Source: Utricularia gibba
Taxonomy: Eukaryota; Plantae; Magnoliophyta
Reading direction: 5' to 3'
DNA: 17,509 nucleotides
Assembly: GCA_002189035.1 (NCBI GenBank)
Contig: NEEC01000074.1
Coordinates: forward strand, 1-17,509
Shown piece by piece: positions 10,590 to 17,509 of this stretch (positions within the stretch are counted from its first letter, which is position 1; each line of letters begins with the position of its first letter). A program made the translations under genes and the position numbers. A model generated the notes under the pieces. It was not told the origin of the DNA. It saw nothing but the letters and a program-made list of their open reading frames with translations, and did no database searches.

Positions 10590-10830
10590 ATGCAGATCCT
10601 AACTCTTCATAGCACACCATTGGGAAGCCCGAAGTAGTCGATAACTGCATGAAAAGTGGTGATATTGTAAATTGATGCAATCTCAAATATAGAGACATCA
10701 TCAAGAATCAGAAGTATCATGGGTATGGTGTCGGATCGATCAACACATGTTACATCATGAATTTCGTGGCATCAGCACCCAACGTGTGACTGCTGGTGAT
10801 GCGCAATGAAATGACCGGGTTGCAGGGTTC
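10590..10830 (+). other. Compressed, degenerate monomer (~230 bp), probable consensus artefact
   Basis: It passes through the unit in the correct order as fragments (GGGAAGCCCG, AGTAGT, CGATAACTG, GAAAAGTG, AAATTGATGCAA, AGAGACAT, CATCAAGAATCAGAAGTATCATGG, CACATGTTACATCATGAATTTCGTGGCATCA, TGGTGATGCGCAATGAAATGAC) with the intervening bases missing. Confidence 0.7.
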
Positions 10831-13800
10831 GAGCTCCACGTTTGTCCGATAACTGTGGACATATTAAAAACAAACCACAACGAAAAGTGTCTTACGTGTC
10901 CTTCCTTGGTGGCTGCGTTTAATATTGTGCTTCTCGTTCTCGAAATTGATGCAAAATACACGGCAAAAGAATCAAATAGCCACTAGAGACATGGTGTATG
11001 GGAATGGTGCATCAAGAATCAGAAGTATCATGGCAACTAATTGAATCAATCAACAGCCAAAACATATGGTGTCAAACTTCATCGGATATGCGATCAAGAT
11101 GGAAAAAAGTCACATGTTACATCATGAATTTCGTGGCATCACTTATCCCAACACTATTATACTCAGGTACGCAAAAATGTTTACTTTTAACGAATCCAGT
11201 GCACGTGTGATTTTTAGGCTGCACCCCGAATGGTGATGCGCAATGAAATGACTAGGTCGCACATCCTGGTCCACGAAGCACCTCTTCCAAAACATGCAGA
11301 TCCTAACTCTTCATAGCACACCATTGGGAAGCCCGATTCGAGCTCCAAGTAGTATAATTTGGAGTTTCGTTTGTCCGATAACTGTGGACATATTAAAAAC
11401 AAACCACAACGAAAAGTGTCTTACGTGTCCTTCCTTGGTGGCTGCGTTTAATATTGTGCTTCTCGTTCTCGAAATTGATGCAAAGATACACGGCAAAAGA
11501 ATCAAATAGCCACTAGAGACATGGTGTATGGGAATGGTGCATCAAGAATCAGAAGTATCATGCAACTAATTGAATCAATCAACAGCCAAAACATATGGTG
11601 TCAAACTTCATCGGATATGCGATCAAGATGGAAAAAAGTCACATGTTACATCATGAATTTCGTGGCATCACTTATCCCAACACTATTATACTCCAGGTAC
11701 GCAAAAATGTTTACTTTTAACGAATCCAGTGCACGTGTGATTTTTAGGCTGCACCCCGAATGGTGATGCGCAATGAAATGACTAGGTCGCACATCCTGGT
11801 CCACGAAGCACCTCTTCCAAAACATGCAGATCCTGTCATTCATGCACACCATGTGAAGCAACACTCCAAGTCATAATTTGGAGTTTCGTTTCCGTTATCA
11901 ACTGTGGACATATTAAAAACAATGACCACAACGAAAAGTGTCTTCGACGTGTCCTAAAGCTTACGTGTGGTGGCTGCGTTTAATATTGTGCTTCTCGTTC
12001 TCGAAATTGATGCAAAAGATACACGGCAAAAGAATCAAATAGCCACTAGAGACATGGTGTATGGGAATGGTGCATCAAGAATCAGAAGTATCATGCAACT
12101 AATTGAATCAATCAACAGCCAAAACATATGGTGTCAAACTTCATCGGATATGCGATCAAGATGGAAAAAAGTCACATGTTACATCATGAATTTCGTGGCA
12201 TCACTTATCCCAACACTATTATACTCCAGGTACGCAAAAATGTTTACTTTTAACGAATCCAGTGCACGTGTGATTTTTAGGCTGCACCCCGAATGGTGAT
12301 GCGCAATGAAATGACTAGTCGCACATCCTGGTCCACGAAGCACCTCTTCCAAAACATGCAGATGCAGCCCGATTCGAGCTCCAAGTAGTATAATTTGGAG
12401 TTTCGTTTGTCCGATAACACATAGAAAAGTGTCTTACGTGTCCTTCCTTGGTGGCTGCGTTTAATATTGTGCTTCTCGTTCTCGAAATTGATGCTTCAAA
12501 TAGCGAGACACATCAAGAATCAGAAGTATCATGTAATTGGGAGCGCAAGATTCGTGTATGCACCCAACGTGTTTACAAGAGCACACAAATCCTGGTCATC
12601 ACATGCGAAATCTCAGCGATCATCACATGTTACATCATGAATTTCGTGGCATCACTTATCCCAACACTATTATACTCCAGGTACGCAAAAATGTTTACTT
12701 TTAACGAATCCAGTGCACGTGTGATTTTTAGGCTGCACCCCGAATGGTGATGCGCAATGAAATGACTAGGTCGCACATCCTGGTCCACGAAGCACCTCTT
12801 CCAAAACATGCAGATCCTAACTCTTCATAGCACACCATTGGGAAGCCCGATTCGAGCTCCAAGTAGTATAATTTGGAGTTTCGTTTGTCCGATAACTGTG
12901 GACATATTAAAAACAAACCACAACGAAAAGTGTCTTACGTGTCCTTCCTTGGTGGCTGCGTTTAATATTGTGCTTCTCGTTCTCGAAATTGATGCAAACA
13001 AGATACACGGCAAAAGAATCAAATAGCCACTAGAGACATGGTGTATGGGAATGGTGCATCAAGAATCAGAAGTATCATGGCAACTAATTGAATCAATCAA
13101 CAGCCAAAACATATGGTGTCAAACTTCATCGGATATGCGATCAAGATGGAAAAAAGTCACATGTTACATCATGAATTTCGTGGCATCACTTATCCCAACA
13201 CTATTATACTCCAGGTACGCAAAAATGTTTACTTTTAACGAATCCAGTGCACGTGTGATTTTTAGGCTGCACCCCGAATGGTGATGCGCAATGAAATGAC
13301 TAGGTCGCACATCCTGGTCCACGAAGCACCTCTTCCAAAACATGCAGATCCTAACTCTTCATAGCACACCATTGGGAAGCCCGATTCGAGCTCCAAGTAG
13401 TATAATTTGGAGTTTCGTTTGTCCGATAACTGTGGACATATTAAAAACAAACCACAACGAAAAGTGTCTTACGTGTCCTTCCTTGGTGGCTGCGTTTAAT
13501 ATTGTGCTTCTCGTTCTCGAAATTGATGCAAAAGATACACGGCAAAAGAATCAAATAGCCACTAGAGACATGGTGTATGGGAATGGTGCATCAAGAATCA
13601 GAAGTATCATGGCAACTAATTGAATCAATCAACAGCCAAAACATATGGTGTCAAACTTCATCGGATATGCGATCAAGATGGAAAAAAGTCACATGTTACA
13701 TCATGAATTTCGTGGCATCACTTATCCCAACACTATTATACTCCAGGTACGCAAAAATGTTTACTTTTAACGAATCCAGTGCACGTGTGATTTTTAGGCT

Positions 13801-16800
13801 GCACCCCGAATGGTGATGCGCAATGAAATGACTAGGTCGCACATCCTGGTCCACGAAGCACCTCTTCCAAAACATGCAGATCCTAACTCTTCATAGCACA
13901 CCATTGGGAAGCCCGATTCGAGCTCCAAGTAGTATAATTTGGAGTTTCATAACTGTGGACATATTAAAAACAAACCACAACGAAAAGTGTCTTACGTGTC
14001 CTTCCTTGGTGGCTGCGTTTAATATTGTGCTTCTCGTTCTCGAAATTGATGCAAAAGATACACGGCAAAAGAATCAAATAGCCACTAGAGACATGGTGTA
14101 TGGGAATGGTGCATCAAGAATCAGAAGTATCATGCAACTAATTGTCAATCAACAGCCAAAACATATGGTGTCAAACTTCATCGGATATGCGATCAAGATG
14201 GAAAAAAGTCACATGTTACATCATGAATTTCGTGGCATCACTTATCCCAACACTATTATACTCAGGTACGCAAAAATGTTTACTTTTAACGAATCCAGTG
14301 CACGTGTGATTTTTAGGCTGCACCCCGAATGGTGATGCGCAATGAAATGACTAGGTCGCACATCCTGGTCCACGAAGCACCTCTTCCAAAACATGCAGAT
14401 CCTAACTCTTCATAGCACACCATTGGGAAGCCCGATTCGAGCTCCAAGTAGTATAATTTGGAGTTTCGTTTGTCCGATAACTGTGGACATATTAAAAACA
14501 AACCACAACGAAAAGTGTCTTACGTGTCCTTCCTTGGTGGCTGCGTTTAATATTGTGCTTCTCGTTCTCGAAATTGATGCAAGCAAGATACACGGAAAAA
14601 GAATCAAATAGCCACTAGAGACATGGTGTATGGGAATGGTGCATCAAGAATCAGAAGTATCATGGCAACTAATTGAATCAATCAACAGCCAAAACATATG
14701 GTGTCAAACTTCATCGGATATGCGATCAAGATGGAAAAAAGTCACATGTTACATCATGAATTTCGTGGCATCACTTATCCCAACACTATTATACTCCAGG
14801 TACGCAAAAATGTTTACTTTTAACGAATCCAGTGCACGTGTGATTTTTAGGCTGCACCCCGAATGGTGATGCGCAATGAAATGACTAGTCGCACATCCTG
14901 GTCCACGAAGCACCTCTTCCAAAACATGCAGATCCTAACTCTTCATAGCACACCATTGGGAAGCCCGATTCGAGCTCCAAGTAGTATAATTTGGAGTTTC
15001 GTTTGTCCGATAACTGTGGACATATTAAAAACAAACCACAACGAAAAGTGTCTTACGTGTCCTTCCTTGGTGGCTGCGTTTAATATTGTGCTTCTCGTTC
15101 TCGAAATTGATGCAAACAAGATACACGGACAAAAGAATCAAATAGCCACTAGAGACATGGTGTATGGGAATGGTGCATCAAGAATCAGAAGTATCATGGC
15201 AACTAATTGAATCAATCAACAGCCAAAACATATGTGTCAAACTTCATCGGATATGCGATCAAGATGGAAAAAAGTCACATGTTACATCATGAATTTCGTG
15301 GCATCACTTATCCCAACACTATTATACTCCAGGTACGCAAAAATGTTTACTTTTAACGAATCCAGTGCACGTGTGATTTTTAGGCTGCACCCCGAATGGT
15401 GATGCGCAATGAAATGACTAGGTCGCACATCCTGGTCCACGAAGCACCTCTTCCAAAACATGCAGATCCTAACTCTTCATAGCACACCATTGGGAAGCCC
15501 GATTCGTGCTCCAAGTAGTATAATTTGGAGTTTCGTTTGTCCGATAACTGTGGACATATTAAAAACAAACCACAACGAAAAGTGTCTTACGTGTCCTTCC
15601 TTGGTGGCTGCGTTTAATATGTGCTTCTCGTTCTCGAAATTGATGCAAAATACACGGCAAAAGAATCAAATAGCCACTAGAGACATGGTGTATGGGAATG
15701 GTGCATCAAGAATCAGAAGTATCATAGCAACTAATTGCATCAATCAACAGCCAAAACATATGGTGTCAAACTTCATCGGATATGCGATCAAGATGGAAAA
15801 AAGTCACATGTTACATCATGAATTTCGTGGCATCACTTATCCCAACACTATTATACAGGTACGCAAAAATGTTTACTTTTAACGAATCCAGTGCACGTGT
15901 GATTTTTAGGCTGCACCCCGAATGGTGATGCGCAATGAAATGACTAGTCGCACATCCTGGTCCACGAAGCACCTCTTCCAAAACATGCAGATCCTAACTC
16001 TTCATAGCACACCATTGGGAAGCATTCGAGCTCCAAGTAGTATAATTTGGAGTTTCGTTTGTCCGATAACTGTGGACATATGAAAAGTGTCTTACGAATA
16101 AAATTGATGCAAACAAGATACACGGCAAAAGAATCAAATAGCCACTAGAGACATGGTGTATGGGAATGGTGCATCAAGAATCAGAAGTATCATGCAACTA
16201 ATTGATCAATCAACAGCCAAAACATATGTGTCAAACTTCATCGGATATGCGATCAAGATGGAAAAAAGTCACATGTTACATCATGAATTTCGTGGCATCA
16301 CTTATCCCAACACTATTATACTCCAGGTACGCAAAAATGTTTACTTTTAACGAATCCAGTGCACGTGTGATTTTTAGGCTGCACCCGAATGGTGATGCGC
16401 AATGAAATGACTAGGTCGCACATCCTGGTCCACGAAGCACCTCTTCCAAACATGCAGATCCTAACTCTTCATAGCACACCATTGGGAAGCCCGATTCGTG
16501 CTCCAAGTAGTATAATTTGGAGTTACATAACTGTGGACATATTAAAAACAAACCACAACGAAAAGTGTCTTACGTGTCCTTCCTTGGTGGCTGCGTTTAA
16601 TATGTGCTTCTCGTTCTCGAAATTGATGCAAAAGATACACGGAAAAGAATCAAATAGCCACTAGAGACATGGTGTATGGGAATGGTGCATCAAGAATCAG
16701 AAGTATCATGCAACTAATTGATCAATCAACAGCCAAAACATATGGTGTCAAACTTCATCGGATATGCGATCAAGATGGAAAAAAGTCACATGTTACATCA

Positions 16801-17509
16801 TGAATTTCGTGGCATCACTTATCCCAACACTATTATACTCCAGGTACGCAAAAATGTTTACTTTTAACGAATCCAGTGCACGTGTGATTTTTAGGCTGCA
16901 CCCCGAATGGTGATGCGCAATGAAATGACTAGTCGCACATCCTGGTCCACGAAGCACCTCTTCCAAAACATGCAGATCCTAACTCTTCATAGCACACCAT
17001 TGGGAAGCCCGATTCGAGCTCCAAGTAGTATAATTTGGAGTTTCGTTTGTCCGATAACTGTGGACATATTAAAAACAAACCACAACGAAAAGTGTCTTAC
17101 GTGTCCTTCCTTGGTGGCTGCGTTTAATATTGTGCTTCTCGTTCTCGAAATTGATGCAAACAAGATACACGGCAAAAGAATCAAATAGCCACTAGAGACA
17201 TGGTGTATGGGAATGGTGCATCAAGAATCAGAAGTATCATGGCAACTAATTGAATCAATCAACAGCCAAAACATATGGTGTCAAACTTCATCGGATATGC
17301 GATCAAGATGGAAAAAAGTCACATGTTACATCATGAATTTCGTGGCATCACTTATCCCAACACTATTATACTCCAGGTACGCAAAAATGTTTACTTTTAA
17401 CGAATCCGTGCACGTGTGATTTTTAGGCTGCACCCCGAATGGTGATGCGCAATGAAATGACTAGGTCGCACATCCTGGTCCACGAAGCACCTCTTCCAAA
17501 CATGCAGAT

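Larger units (their letters stand above)
1..17509. repeat. Head-to-tail tandem array of a 534-bp monomer (satellite DNA-like, or a concatemer of a small circle), 34 passes
   Basis: Using the ATGCAGAT anchor, units start at 10, 541, 1073, 1607, 2141, 2675, 3209, 3740, 4274, 4808, 5340, 5874, 6406, 6938, 7468, 8000, 8481, 9012, 9538, 10061, 10590, ~10821 (degenerate), 11294, 11824, 12356, 12808, 13342, 13874, 14393, 14926, 15460, 15985, 16452, 16970 and 17502 (partial). The longest spacing is 534 and it recurs many times. All copies have the same orientation, with no spacers or flanking unique DNA. Confidence 0.98.

Noticed and set aside
6938-15882. Longer ORFs in the track (120, 148, 110, 153, 115 and 140 aa) as genes
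   Set aside because: Each arises from copy-specific deletions that fuse different frames of the same monomer. They are not shared between copies and sit on likely consensus errors.
1-17509. CRISPR array
   Set aside because: Whole 534-bp units repeat, with no short repeats separated by unique spacers and no cas genes.

Overview
The whole 17.5-kb window is one head-to-tail tandem array of a 534-bp, ~41% GC monomer. There are 34 passes through the unit (33 near-full, one compressed to ~230 bp) plus short partial ends. I found no recognisable gene, RNA gene, CRISPR array or transposase. The ORF track is the same few short frames repeated in every copy. Almost all departures from 534 bp are deletions, and many fall exactly on sites that are biallelic in other copies. 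This suggests a long-read consensus built from heterogeneous copies, so copy number and individual copies are unreliable. The simplest reading is a collapsed eukaryotic satellite DNA, whose family and host I cannot identify. The alternative is a concatemer of a 534-nt circular molecule. Four weak, independent observations keep that alternative open: the window starts and ends in the same phase, the monomer has a colinear fold-back pairing register, a small hairpin carries a CRESS-origin-like nonamer, and the unit length is divisible by 3 with one frame containing only three stops. None of these is decisive.
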